Both the position numbers and the translations under genes were made by a program. A stretch of 64,000 nt of DNA. Origin: an uncultured delta proteobacterium (GTDB lineage: Bacteria > Myxococcota_A > Polyangia > Polyangiales > Polyangiaceae). This document shows, piece by piece, positions 41,573 through 52,195 of this stretch (the stretch's first letter is position 1; the number at the start of each line of letters is the position of its first letter). Location: the NCBI GenBank assembly GCA_963716725.1, contig CAVQUB010000022.1:1-64000 (forward strand). Reading direction: 5' to 3'. The notes under the pieces are model-generated. The model made no database searches. It was given only the letters and a program-made list of their open reading frames with translations, and was not told the DNA's origin.

Positions 41573-43171
41573 ATGCGTCCGCTCTTCGTCTGCAAGTTCA
41601 TCCGCGTGCTGCCTTTCGTGGTCTGGGGTCTGACCGTCGCCTGTGGTTCAGATGACCCATCCGCGGCGTCGACCCACTGCACTGGGGCCTCGTGCTCCCC
41701 CGGCGAAGGCAAAGACGCCGGCATCGAAACGGACGACGGTGGGAGCTGGGCGAAACCCGATGCAGCGAGCTGCACCCCGTCGGGCGCTGACGTACCCGAC
41801 GACGACTTCGCAGATCAGAACTGCGACGGGATCGACGGCGATCTCGAGAAGGCCATCTTCGTCGCGCCTTCGGGCAGCGACGCGGCGCAAGGCACCCGCG
41901 AGAGCCCGGTGAAGACCCTGAACAAGGCGACCGCGCTGGCGGCGGCGAGCGGCAAAGACGTCTACGCTTGCAACGGCAGCTACGCGGAGGCCCTGGTCGT
42001 CAGCTCGGCCGTGCGCCTGTACGGCGGCTACGACTGCAAGAACGGCTGGGCTCGCAACAAAGAACTCGCGGTGATCGCGCCCGCTTCGGGCAAAGCGCTG
42101 ACCATCGAGAAGGTCACGGGGGTCGTCGTCGATCGCTTCGAGTTGCGCGCCCCCGACGGAGACGCTGCCGGCCAATCGTCCATCGCCGCGGTGGTGCGCG
42201 CTTCGCAGGGCGTGCGCTTCAACCGGGTCGTCTTCGACGCGGGCGAAGGCGCCAGCGGGCTGGCAGGCGAGAACGCCGTGGCGGTCACCGCGCCGGCCCC
42301 CGCGGGGACGGAGGGCACGGCGATCAGCGTGACCAAGTGCTCGACCACCGCGACCGGTGAGTGTCTTGGGGCCCCCAAGGGTGGCAAGAACTACGCGGAA
42401 CATTCCTGCGGCGCCGCCACGACGCGTGGAGGCTTCGGTGGACACGGCGGCAACGTGAAGGGCAATACCTCAACGGGTGACGGCCAAGCGGGGTTGAACA
42501 GCGCACTTGGCGGGAAGTTCCCCTTCGCTGGCAGCCCGGGCGCGCCCGGCGCGGTCGGCGCCCACGGAAAAGCAGGTGACGCCATCGGCACGGTCGTCAG
42601 CGGCGAGTACGTCGCGTCCAACAGCGGGTCGTCGGGAGTGCTCGGCACGCTCGGCCTGGCGGGCGGCGGAGGAGCCGGCGGAAAGAGTTCTTGGGGCTGC
42701 GGTTCGTTCTGTCACGACGTCGGATCCGGCGGCGGACAGGGTGGATATGGAGGCTGCGGTGGCGGCGCCGGCGGCGGAGGAGCTGGCGGCGGCGCATCCA
42801 TCGCGCTGTTGGTGATCGACAGCGACGTCACCCTCGCGTGGAGCACCCTGCGAACGGCCGGCGGTGGCAGTGGTGGCGCGCCCGGCGCGGGAGCTGCGGG
42901 CCAGCCTGGTGGCGCCGCGGGCAAGGCCGGCACCCACGTGAACACCATCTTCCAGGGTCAGCCCGGTGGCGCGGGCGGGCCGGGTGGTGAAGGTGGCGCG
43001 GGCGGACCCGGCGGTGGTGGCCCGTCGATTGGTGTGCTGGTTGCGGGCAGCGCGCCCAAGACCGAAGCGGTCACCTTCGACCTGGGGCCCGGCGGCGCGG
43101 GTGGAAAAGCAATGGCCGGCGCCAGCGGCGCGACCGGCAAGAGCGGCGACGTCGTGCAGGTGGGCCCGTGA
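41573..43171 (+). CDS. Gly-rich (PGRS-like) lipoprotein with DxNCDG metal-binding motif and DUF1565-like/beta-helix domain
   Basis: GGAGG RBS, LTVAC lipobox, DQNCDGIDG and IFVAPSGSD...GT...P..T motifs. Confidence 0.75.
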   Translation: MRPLFVCKFIRVLPFVVWGLTVACGSDDPSAASTHCTGASCSPGEGKDAGIETDDGGSWAKPDAASCTPSGADVPDDDFADQNCDGIDGDLEKAIFVAPSGSDAAQGTRESPVKTLNKATALAAASGKDVYACNGSYAEALVVSSAVRLYGGYDCKNGWARNKELAVIAPASGKALTIEKVTGVVVDRFELRAPDGDAAGQSSIAAVVRASQGVRFNRVVFDAGEGASGLAGENAVAVTAPAPAGTEGTAISVTKCSTTATGECLGAPKGGKNYAEHSCGAATTRGGFGGHGGNVKGNTSTGDGQAGLNSALGGKFPFAGSPGAPGAVGAHGKAGDAIGTVVSGEYVASNSGSSGVLGTLGLAGGGGAGGKSSWGCGSFCHDVGSGGGQGGYGGCGGGAGGGGAGGGASIALLVIDSDVTLAWSTLRTAGGGSGGAPGAGAAGQPGGAAGKAGTHVNTIFQGQPGGAGGPGGEGGAGGPGGGGPSIGVLVAGSAPKTEAVTFDLGPGGAGGKAMAGASGATGKSGDVVQVGP

Positions 43172-43197
43172 CTGCGCGCTGTGGAGGAGCAAAGAAG

Positions 43198-46100
43198 ATG
43201 AACACACACATTCGCTCGCTGATGGTCACGGCGATCAGCTCCGTGCTGATCAACTGCGGCAGCGATGCCGCCTCGCCCACCAAGTCGGGGCCGCCCGTCC
43301 CCATCGCCGACAGCCCCGCCTGCGTCATCAGCGCGGACTGTCCCGCCGGTTCGCACTGCAATCTCGGGGAGTGCGTGCAGGAGTGCAACGCCGAGGTGTC
43401 GTGCTCCGGAAAGCTGAGTTGCTCTCCGCGGGCGCGCTGCCTTCCAGCGTCCGCGCCCGACGCCGATCCCGAGCCCACGACGAGCTACGCAGGAAGCGTG
43501 AGTGCGGCTTCGTCGCTGAGCCTGCTGACCGAAGCCGACAACAAGCTCTCGATTGAGCTCTCGACCACGTCGACCGAAACGGTCCGGTACCGAGTCGCGC
43601 TGGTGGCACCCCACTTGTCGATCGCCGAGCCGCGCGGCGAGTTCGTGGGCAAGACCACGGTGTCGCTCGAGGTGCACCCGGAGCTCGCCGCGTCGCTCGA
43701 CCAACCCGGCACAGTGCGCATCCTCACCACCCTGGGCGAGGTCGTGGTCGATGCGCCCGTCCACGTGGGCATTACAGGCCGCTACCAGGGCTCACTGAGC
43801 TACGATGGCGACGCGCTCGCGCTCGGCGCCGCCCGCCTGTCGCTGGATCTGTTGGAGAAGAACGGCAACGTCTCGGCTCGCGTCGACGGCAAGACGTCGC
43901 TCTTGTTCCCCGCCACGGCCGCGGGCGATGCCACGGGCCACGGAAGCTTCGATGGCAAGACCATCTCGCTGACCCTCGCGCAGCGCATCGAGAAGGACTT
44001 CGGCAACGATCGGAATCGCTTCGCGCGCGAGATCGGTCGTCGGATCACCTTCGCGCTCGAGCCCGCTGGCGGCGGGAGGGTCGGTGGGACCTTCAAAGAG
44101 GTCATCTACGGCCTCTTCAGCGATCCCGTGGAGCTCACTGGCCGCGTGAGCTTCGAGCTGATCCGCGGCGGCGGCGCGCCCGAGTTCACGCTGGCCGCTG
44201 CTCCGGAGATGCCCGCGGGCCTGTCGGTGCCGCCCGTCGATACGTCGGCCTTCGGCTTCGTTGACACTTGTTTCTCCGTAAATGGCTCGGTGACCTGCCC
44301 GACCAAACTGTCGGATCCAGCGGCTTGCGCCCCGGCCGTGGAGGCGAAGTTCTACGACCCGCTGAGCGCCAAGCTCGAGAAGAAGGGATCCGGCGCGCTC
44401 CCCATGGCGGACGTCGCGGTTGCTTGCGAGGCGGCGCTCGGGGTCACCACGCTGTCCGGCTTCAGTGGCGACGCGGCGGGCTGCGCCCTGCCCCCGGCCC
44501 TGGCCTGCGCGACGGCGGCGTCGATCAAGGGTTCGGCTGCCAGCAGCGCGACCGCACGCGCCTTCCATCGTCAGCTCGCCCGCACGCTGGCGCCCGGCTT
44601 GCTGGTCGCGCAAGAGAAGATGGTTCAGGGCCTGTACAAGTCGTTCTCCGAGGGCGCTGCCAAAGAGAGGGACCTCTACCTCCAAGCGCAGGCGGTGCTG
44701 GCTCCGAGTGCCGCGTTCGCGTTGCAGCCGGGGCTGCTCGAGTTCATGCGCAAGACCAGCGCGGGCGACGCTTCGGGAGAGCCGGGCTCCACCGATCCCA
44801 CTGCCAGCGACTTCCCGGCGGCACGCAGCTTCGCGCGGCTCCTGCTCTTGAGCTCGAAGCTGGACGGCGAGCTGGCGCGTCTCGACGGTTCCAACGGTCA
44901 GACCGACCACGCGACGTCGCTGCGACTCGCGCAGGAGCGCGCCGTGATCACCTTCCTCGAATCGGCAGCGCTGGCGAAGGTCTTGGAAACCTGGGGGGCG
45001 TCACCACCGGCGTCGGTGGGCGTGGTGCTCAGCGGAGTGCTGGGTCCGGTGGACACGGGCTTTGCTGCGCTGGTGCAGGGGCCGTCGCGCTTCGGCATCC
45101 CGGAGGGTTTTGTGCCCTTCGTCTATCGCGCGGAAGATGCCGGCAAGGCCCCGACCAACTTCGAGCAGATGCTGGTCATGGCCCAGACCCCCGTGGCCCA
45201 GGCGGTGGATGATCAAGCCGCGTTCGAGAACAACAAGCGGACCTACGAACAGAACGAGCAGTCGCTGAAGAGCGAGCTCTCCCAGGTTCGCAGCAGCTTC
45301 GATCTCTCGCTCAAGCAGATCTGCGGCGCGGGCTTCGACCCGGACGCGATCTCGGCGCCCGGAGATTGGAAGAGCTGTGGCGCGGGCAAGACGGGCGAGC
45401 TGGGCAGCCTGTTCTTGGACATCGAGCAGTCGCTGGCCCGCCTTCAGTCTGCGGAGAACCGCATCCACGGCGCGAAGCAGAAGATGGCCATTTCGCGCGA
45501 CCAGTTGGCGGGCACCCAGGCCGTGCACGCCAGCACGCTGCGCTTCATCGACGCGCAGGGCCAAATGCTCGAGGCCATCACCTGGAGCGAAGGCATCATC
45601 AACGCCGCCCAGACCGCGATCAACACCTCGTCCGAGGCGAGCGTCTTGAACTTTGGCGCTCCGGCTGCGATGGCCGGCCTGAACGCCATGCTCGAAATGC
45701 AGAAGACCGCCCTCGCCGTCGCGCGCCAGCGGCTCCAGACCGCGCAGACGATGAAGTTCACGGCGGACGCCGCGCGCATCGAGCTGATCAACGGCATGGC
45801 CGACATTCAGAAGCAGGCCATCGACCTGGCACAGCTCGAGGTCGACATCCATCAAGACGTGATCGGCGTGCTGCAATCCAAGCTGCGGCTGTCCAACACC
45901 TTCGAGCAGGCGAAGGAGCTTCACGAAGAGCGCTCGCGCTCCCTCGCGCTGGTGTCTCAGAGCCCCGCCAAGGATCCGAGCTATCGGCTGCTGCGCGACT
46001 CCTTCGCGTTGGCCGCGCTGTCGTCTCGGGCCGACGCGCAGCGCTCGCTTTACCTGAGCGGGCGCGCGCTCGAGTACGAGATCAACCAGCCGCTCACGGC

Positions 46101-46834
46101 ACTGCCCGGCGCGGTGCTGGGCGCGCGCGACGCTGGTCGGCTCAAGAAGCTGTCCAACTGCCTGACGCAGATCCACGACGCTCACCGGGTGGCCTACGGA
46201 TCGCCCCAGCAGTACCAGACCGAGGTCAGCCTGCGGCGCACGCTCGGGATCACCGGGCCGCGCACCGACGAGGTGACTGGGCAGACGCTCACCGAGGGCG
46301 AGCTCTTTCGCATGGAGCTCTTGAAGAATCAGAACCTCGACGGCGCTGGTGGCGTCGGCCTCACCTTCGGGACGAACCTCCAGCCCGGCAACGGGCTCTT
46401 CCCCACCGACGTCTGTAGCGACAAGGTGGCGAGCGTCCGGGTGCAGCTCGTGGGCGACTTCTTGGGCGACGCCGCTGCGCAGGTGAACCTCTCGCTCTCG
46501 GGCGGCAGCGTGATGCGCCAATGCTCGGGCGACGCGCTCACGAACTGGTCGCTGGGCGCGGGCAACGGCGCCGGGTCGAGCGGCTTCGCGGTCATCCAGG
46601 CCGGGGTCAACGGCTGGAGCACCGCGCCCCCGAACACCTCGCTCTTCGGTCAGTCCGTGGCTCGCGCTTCTTGGCGAGTCGTGCTTCCCGGTCCAGCCGA
46701 CGCTCCCAGCAACGCGGATCTCGGATTTGACTCACCTCGAGGACATCGTGTTCGAGCTGACGCACAAGGCGCTGCCTCGCAGCAGCGCGCCCCTCGCGGT
46801 CGATGTCACCTGCCTCGCCGCCATCGGCGGGTGA
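43198..46834 (+). CDS. Large lipoprotein (about 1210 aa) with Cys-rich N-terminus, long coiled coil and TcA-like C-terminal domain; +1 frameshift near 46723
   Basis: GGAGG RBS, VLINC lipobox, CVISADCPAGSHC. Removing one G near 46723 gives ..SWRVVLP..DLDLTHLEDIVFELTHKA..* at 46834 and separates it from the next gene. Confidence 0.65.
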
Positions 46835-46902
46835 TTGGGAGCCTCCGCATGTCCCAGCCACAAAACCCTCAACTCGATGCGAGAGCTGCCCGATGCGTGC
46901 GC

Positions 46903-48390
46903 ATGAAGACTCGGATCCTGTTCACTGGTCTGTTCGCCCTACTCAGTGCCGCCGGCTGCGGCGACGATCCCGGGGCCTCCGCCGGCGTGTCGGGTGCAAA
47001 GCCCGGCGCGGATGCCGGTCCGAACCTCCCGGACGGCGGGAGCCAGGCCGACGGCTCTGGTTCGTGCACGCCGCAAGCCACCGACGACCCCGACAGTGAG
47101 GGGCTGGACGAGAACTGCGACGGCGCCGACGGGGTCATCGGCGTCGACGTCTACGTCGATCCGAGCGCGGGGTCGGACACCAACTTGGGCACGCCCTCCG
47201 CGCCCCTCCGCTCGTTGAAGTCGGCCATCTCGCTGGCCACCTCACGCGGCGGGAGTGTGCTGCTCGGCAAGGGGCAGCTCACCCTCGACACGCTGGACGC
47301 GAGCGGCAGCTACGTGATCTACGGCGGGTACTCCTCGACCTTCCTCGGCGCGCGCAAGCGCGAGAGCTCGATCCTTGCACCGACGAAAGCGCAGGGGCTC
47401 TCCATCACATCTGCCAGCTCCGTGACTCTGGTCAGCCTGAGCGTCATTGGGACCAACGCTGATGATCAGGTCGTGACCGCGCATGCATTGCGAACCAGCG
47501 TCGACCAACTGAACTTGGTGGACGTGGAGGTGCGTGCCGGCAACGGAACGCCCGGAGCTGCCCTGGGTGCAGCCGGCGCAGCGGGGGAGCCCGGGATCCA
47601 CGCAACCGGTGCCTTCGGTGGCGTCCTGAAGTGCAAAGGCGCCGCGCAGCCCTCGGTTGGGAACGGAGCTGCGGTCGGCAAAATGAACGCGCAGGGCGGC
47701 AGTCCCGGCAACTGCGCGACCAAGACGCCCGCTCAAAGCGGCGCGGCTGGTCAGGCGGGGACGCATGGCGCGCACGCCAGCAAGTTGCCGTCGATCAAGG
47801 ACGGCATGGTGCAGTGGCCGTCCGGGAGCGCGGCTCCGGACAACGCTGGGCCCGGCTACGGCGGCGCAGGTGGCGCGACCTGCACGGCGCTCGGCTCCGG
47901 CGGTGGCGCCGGGAGCGGCGGTTGCTCGGGCGGACCGGGCGCGGGTGCCGGGAGCGGCGGCGGCTCCGCCGCGGTGGTGGTGCTCGCCGGAAAATTGGTC
48001 CTCACCAGGTCGTCACTTCGCACTGGGTTCGGCGGCAACGGTGGCAGTGGTGCTGCCGGTGGCGAAGGCGGTCCGGGTGGCCTGGGGGCCAAGCCCACGT
48101 GCGACATCGGGATGGACTGCAAGAAGGTCGAAGCCGAGTGCCAGCCCGCTTCGGATCCCTACAAGCTCAACTGTGCGGGCTGGGGCGGAACAGGTGGCCC
48201 GGGAGGAAAGGGCGGGTACGGCGGTGCGGGTGCCGGTGGTTGGAGTATTGGCGTGGTGACCACCGGTCCGGCCAGCGTCGATCTCGACGCTGAGACGACC
48301 TTCGAGCTCGGAGCACCAGGCAACGGAGGAGACGGCGCCACCACGCGCGCGCCCGACGGCGAGAAACACAAGACCTGGGCGGTGCCCTGA
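46903..48390 (+). CDS. Gly-rich lipoprotein, paralog of 41573..43171
   Basis: MKTRILF...AAGC lipobox, DENCDGADG and VYVDPSAGSD.N.GT..AP motifs; similar C-terminus. Confidence 0.75.
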   Translation: MKTRILFTGLFALLSAAGCGDDPGASAGVSGAKPGADAGPNLPDGGSQADGSGSCTPQATDDPDSEGLDENCDGADGVIGVDVYVDPSAGSDTNLGTPSAPLRSLKSAISLATSRGGSVLLGKGQLTLDTLDASGSYVIYGGYSSTFLGARKRESSILAPTKAQGLSITSASSVTLVSLSVIGTNADDQVVTAHALRTSVDQLNLVDVEVRAGNGTPGAALGAAGAAGEPGIHATGAFGGVLKCKGAAQPSVGNGAAVGKMNAQGGSPGNCATKTPAQSGAAGQAGTHGAHASKLPSIKDGMVQWPSGSAAPDNAGPGYGGAGGATCTALGSGGGAGSGGCSGGPGAGAGSGGGSAAVVVLAGKLVLTRSSLRTGFGGNGGSGAAGGEGGPGGLGAKPTCDIGMDCKKVEAECQPASDPYKLNCAGWGGTGGPGGKGGYGGAGAGGWSIGVVTTGPASVDLDAETTFELGAPGNGGDGATTRAPDGEKHKTWAVP

Positions 48391-48431
48391 GTGCGTGTGC
48401 GTGGACGGGCGGATCCGCCGCCCTGAAGCCA

Positions 48432-48464
48432 CGGATCGCGGTGCGCTTTCGAGACCGCGATCCG
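48432..48464. terminator. 11-bp-stem hairpin between convergent genes
   Basis: CGGATCGCGGT / ACCGCGATCCG. Confidence 0.55.
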
Positions 48465-48529
48465 GTTCTGTTGTGCGGTCTCACTGACACCCGCTGACCC
48501 AGGGACTGCGGACGGCGCGCGGCCCCGAC

Positions 48530-48970
48530 TCACTTCTCCTTCGTAGGCGGCGGAGGCGGCACCTTTTTGCCGTACTCGTTGGTGGGCGAGACGCCGACTT
48601 CTTTGGTGGGCGAGACGCCGACTTCTTTGGTGGGTGAGACGCCGACTTCTTTGGTGGGCGAGACGCCCTTGGTCGTGCCGGTGACGAAGCCCTTGGTGGT
48701 GCCCGCCGAGGTGGGCGTGCCCGCTGCCGTCGGCGTCCCGCGTTCGCCGGCGCCGGCCTGGTCTCGGGCCGAGTTGCCCTCAGGGTCGTCGGTCGGGTTC
48801 GCGCCCGGCGGTGCTGGCGCGACCGCTGGCGCTCCTTGGACTTGGCCCTGCGGATTCTCCGGACCAGCCTGGGTCGCGAGATCATCGCCCTTCGAGCCCA
48901 GCTTGCAGCCGCCCGCCGAGGTCGCGAGCGCCATGGCCGCGACCAAGAACTGTTCACGATTCAGCTTCAT
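48530..48970 (-). CDS. Small low-complexity lipoprotein with (VGVSPTKE)n repeats
   Basis: MKLNREQFL...AGGC signal; octapeptide repeats. Confidence 0.75.
   Translation of the reverse strand: MKLNREQFLVAAMALATSAGGCKLGSKGDDLATQAGPENPQGQVQGAPAVAPAPPGANPTDDPEGNSARDQAGAGERGTPTAAGTPTSAGTTKGFVTGTTKGVSPTKEVGVSPTKEVGVSPTKEVGVSPTNEYGKKVPPPPPTKEK
48579..48667. repeat. 24-bp coding tandem repeat, about 3.7 copies
   Basis: TTGGTGGGCGAGACGCCGACTTCT units. Confidence 0.92.
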
Positions 48971-49059
48971 GTCATCCCTCCGCGAGAAGAAGACGGTACC
49001 GGGGCTTGCGGGGCTTGGAAAGTGGCGACGGGGCTGCAGTCAGAGTACAAAGCCCAGCC

Positions 49060-49299
49060 ATGCGCATCGACCGCGACAAGTTCTACGCCGCAGCCCTGAC
49101 TCTCTCCCTCGCCTCGTCAATTGGCGGCATTGCTGCCTGCGGCGGCGCTCCCGCTCCGGCGGCCGAGGCGCCCGCTGCCGTTCCGACCGAAGCCCCAGTC
49201 GACACCCTCGAGCCCGCGCCCACCGACACGCCCGCCCCCGCTGCCGAGGGCACCCCGGCCCCGGCGAGCGAGGGCGCTCCGGCTCCGACCGGCGAGTGA
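49060..49299 (+). CDS. Small Pro/Ala-rich lipoprotein (79 aa)
   Basis: MRIDRDKFYAAAL...IAAC signal; PxxE repeats. Confidence 0.7.
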   Translation: MRIDRDKFYAAALTLSLASSIGGIAACGGAPAPAAEAPAAVPTEAPVDTLEPAPTDTPAPAAEGTPAPASEGAPAPTGE

Positions 49300-49310
49300 C
49301 CGGCTGCGCG

Positions 49311-49916
49311 TCAGCGACGCCGGAAGACCACCGAGAAGTTGTTGGCGGGCATCGCCACCACATCTTCGAGTGAGAAGCCGCCGCCGTCGGCGACGCGTAC
49401 GACCTCTTCGAGGTCGCGCACTCCCCAACTTGGATCGCGCGCACGGAGCGAAGCGTCGAAAGCGTCGTTGCTGGGGGCGGTGTGCGCGCCGAAGCGTCGA
49501 TACGGGCCGTACAAGAACAAGACGCCGCCGCCTTCGAGCACGTTTGCCGCGCCGCGCACCAGCCCGAGCGTCGCCTGCCACGGCGAGATGTGGATCATGT
49601 TGATGCAGACCACGACGTCGGCCCGCTCGATGGGCCAGGCGCTGGTCGTGACGACGTCGAGCGGCAGCGCAGGGTTCACGCGACCGACCTTGGAGTGCCC
49701 GCGCCACGCGTCGATGCTGGCGCGGCTCTCGGGATCTGGATCCGTGGGTTGCCAGTCAGCGACGCGCAGTCGGTCGGCGAAGAAGCAGGCGTGCTCGCCG
49801 CTGCCTGCGGCGATCTCCAGCACCCGCGCGCGCTCCGGAACGACGCCCGCGAGCACGGCGAGGATCGCCTCCCGGTTGCGCTCGGTGGCGGGGGCGAAGC
49901 GGCGGGTGTCGATCAC
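49311..49916 (-). CDS. DUF938 family SAM-dependent methyltransferase
   Basis: APATERNR, VLEIAAGSGEH, INMIHISPW, LYGPY and MPANN motifs. Confidence 0.88.
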   Translation of the reverse strand: MIDTRRFAPATERNREAILAVLAGVVPERARVLEIAAGSGEHACFFADRLRVADWQPTDPDPESRASIDAWRGHSKVGRVNPALPLDVVTTSAWPIERADVVVCINMIHISPWQATLGLVRGAANVLEGGGVLFLYGPYRRFGAHTAPSNDAFDASLRARDPSWGVRDLEEVVRVADGGGFSLEDVVAMPANNFSVVFRRR

Positions 49917-49940
49917 TCTCGGAGCCTAGCGCGTCCGCCA

Positions 49941-50849
49941 TCACTTGCGCTCCGGAGTGAATACCATCTCGCCTGCACCGCTCGGGATGAACGCCGAGTC
50001 GTCGCCGCTGGCCCAGGCCATGGCGCGGGACATGCGCGCGTTCATGTCCTTCGGGAAGGTGTGGCCGACCTTGCCCATGCTCATGAAGGCCACCGGAAAG
50101 CCCGCCCTCGCGAGCTTCTTCGCCTCGCCGACCATGTGCCACTTCATCATGTCGTGGTCCCCCGCCGCGAGCACGATGCGTTCGACTCCTGCGCGCCGCA
50201 GGGCTTCGGCTCGCGGGTATACCTTTGCCGCGATGGCGATCACGCTGCGCCACTTGCCGCCGCCGCTGTTGGCGAGCTCCACCGCGCGAATCGCCCCCAG
50301 CGAGAACCCGATCAGGGTTCGTCCGCCACCGGCGTCCACGTGAGCGGGGTACTCGGCGGCAACCCGGGCGATGCTGGCTTCGATCGACGCGGCGAAGCGC
50401 GGATCCGCGGACCAAATCGATCCGCCGCCCTCGCAACGCAGGTTCGCCCGCGGGCAGACCAAGAAGCCGCGATCGGTGGTGGCGCTGGCAAAGTGTGGGC
50501 ACTCCCACTCGGGTTCGTCGCACATGCCGTGCAGCATCACCGCGGGTGGACGGGGCGCGGCGCTCGCCTTGCGTGCGGGGTACGCCAGCACATTCGGCGT
50601 GCCGCGGGCGTCGTTCAAATAGATCGGTCCGTTCGGCAACGGCGGCGGCTCCGGCTTCGGGGGCGGTTCCCGACGGATCGTCGTTGGCGGGGGAGCGCTG
50701 CGCGCCTCGGCTTCTTGCACCCGACCCGAAGCCACGCTCAGCGCCAGCGCCGCGCTCAACGAACACACCACCGCACTCACGCGCCACGCATGGCGCGCAC
50801 TCAAATGCTCCACGAGAACCTCCCGAGCTCGCGCGCGGCGGGCGCGCAC
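49941..50849 (-). CDS. Secreted alpha/beta-hydrolase-like protein (start uncertain)
   Basis: VMLHG, GFSLG nucleophile elbow, AAGDHD and GH.F motifs. Confidence 0.65.
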   Translation of the reverse strand: MRARRARAREVLVEHLSARHAWRVSAVVCSLSAALALSVASGRVQEAEARSAPPPTTIRREPPPKPEPPPLPNGPIYLNDARGTPNVLAYPARKASAAPRPPAVMLHGMCDEPEWECPHFASATTDRGFLVCPRANLRCEGGGSIWSADPRFAASIEASIARVAAEYPAHVDAGGGRTLIGFSLGAIRAVELANSGGGKWRSVIAIAAKVYPRAEALRRAGVERIVLAAGDHDMMKWHMVGEAKKLARAGFPVAFMSMGKVGHTFPKDMNARMSRAMAWASGDDSAFIPSGAGEMVFTPERK

Positions 50850-51087
50850 ACCGGTCGACGTGGGGCGCGCTCAGGGGGAGCGGGCCGATGAACTCGTCAA
50901 CAGCCGGTCATCGCTCGATGGGTCGAGAGCGTGACCGACCCTGACCGCAGCGGCGCGCGTGCCGGGCGACCGCGCGTCCTTTAGCCGGCAATTCGTCGAG
51001 GATTTCCCGGGATCATCCGGGAATGTTGCGCGGGACGGGGCCGCTGGCTATGGTCCGCGCCCCCTTTCGATTAGGAGCGAGATCAAG

Positions 51088-51333
51088 ATGGCACGCGTCA
51101 CCGTCGAAGACTGCCTGGAGCAGGAAGAGAACCGCTTCGCCCTGGTGGTGCTCGCTGCCACCCGCACCCGTCAGCTCATGAAGGGCGCGCCGCAGCTCGT
51201 CAACGCCAAGAACAAACCCTCGGTGGTGAGCCTGCGCGAGATCGCGACGGGTCGCGTGCGCTTCCATCGCACGGCCGATGACGTGGTCCGCGAGTACATC
51301 GCGGAGTGCATCGCTTCCGACCGCACCCTCTGA
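51088..51333 (+). CDS. rpoZ: RNA polymerase omega subunit
   Basis: [28 protein letters not shown] motifs. Confidence 0.93.
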   Translation: MARVTVEDCLEQEENRFALVVLAATRTRQLMKGAPQLVNAKNKPSVVSLREIATGRVRFHRTADDVVREYIAECIASDRTL

Positions 51334-51340
51334 GCTGGTG

Positions 51341-52180
51341 ATGGCCAAGCGCGGCCCGGTGATCGACGACGTCGACGCCGTGCGCGACGCCGGCGCGCTC
51401 GCGCACTACGACGATCCGGCCTACTACGACCTGGCGTACGACGCGCGCAAGCGCGACGTTGCGTTCTACGTGGGCCAAGCCAAACGCTACGGTGGCCCGG
51501 TCCTCGAGTATGGCGTGGGCAACGGGCGGGTGGCGCTGGCCGTCGCCCGCGCGGGCTTCGAAGTGGTGGGCGTGGATCTCTCCGCCAGCATGCTCGGCAA
51601 CCTCGAACAGAAGTTGGCGCGCAAGCGGACGCGGGTCCAGACCGTGCTCGGCGACATGAGGACGGTGCGCCTGCGCCGACGTTTTCCGCTGGTCATCGCG
51701 CCCTTCAACACGGTGCTTCACCTGTACGAGCGCCCGGACATCGAGGCCTTCTTGGCCCGGGTGCGCGAGCACCTGGCGCCAGGCGGTCGTTTCGTCTTCG
51801 ATTTCTCCGTGCCCGTCCCCGCGGATCTGGCCCTGGATCCCAATCGCTCCTTCAGCGCCCCGAGCTTTCGCCACCCAACGAGCGGGCAGAAGGTGCGCTA
51901 CCGCGAGCGCTTCGAGTACCACTCGCTGCGCCAACTCTTGGTGATCTGGATGGACATGACCCCGGTACGGGGCGGCGAAGGCGCCAGCGTGCCGCTCTCA
52001 CATCGGCAGTTCTTCCCTCGGGAAATGGAGGCCCTGCTGCACTACAACGGCTTCTCCGAGATCCGCTTCAGCGCCGACTTCTCGGAGCGCGAGCCGGGCC
52101 CTGAGACGGACTCGTTGGTCGTCAGCGCCACGGTCGCCCGGGCTTCGAGGCCCGTTGCGAGGCCGCGATCGCGGGCGTAG
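51341..52180 (+). CDS. Class I SAM-dependent methyltransferase
   Basis: VLEYGVGNGR, GVDLS..ML and HLAPGG motifs. Confidence 0.85.
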   Translation: MAKRGPVIDDVDAVRDAGALAHYDDPAYYDLAYDARKRDVAFYVGQAKRYGGPVLEYGVGNGRVALAVARAGFEVVGVDLSASMLGNLEQKLARKRTRVQTVLGDMRTVRLRRRFPLVIAPFNTVLHLYERPDIEAFLARVREHLAPGGRFVFDFSVPVPADLALDPNRSFSAPSFRHPTSGQKVRYRERFEYHSLRQLLVIWMDMTPVRGGEGASVPLSHRQFFPREMEALLHYNGFSEIRFSADFSEREPGPETDSLVVSATVARASRPVARPRSRA

Positions 52181-52195
52181 GTTCCTCCAAGCGCT

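Noticed and set aside
43168..48390. Single 1740-aa protein
   Set aside because: A one-base shift near 46723 restores a sensible C-terminus ending at 46834, and a fresh lipoprotein signal starts at 46903. These are two genes.
48579..48667. CRISPR array (also considered for 54378-54482)
   Set aside because: The repeats are contiguous with no spacers, are multiples of 3, lie inside ORFs, and no cas genes are present.
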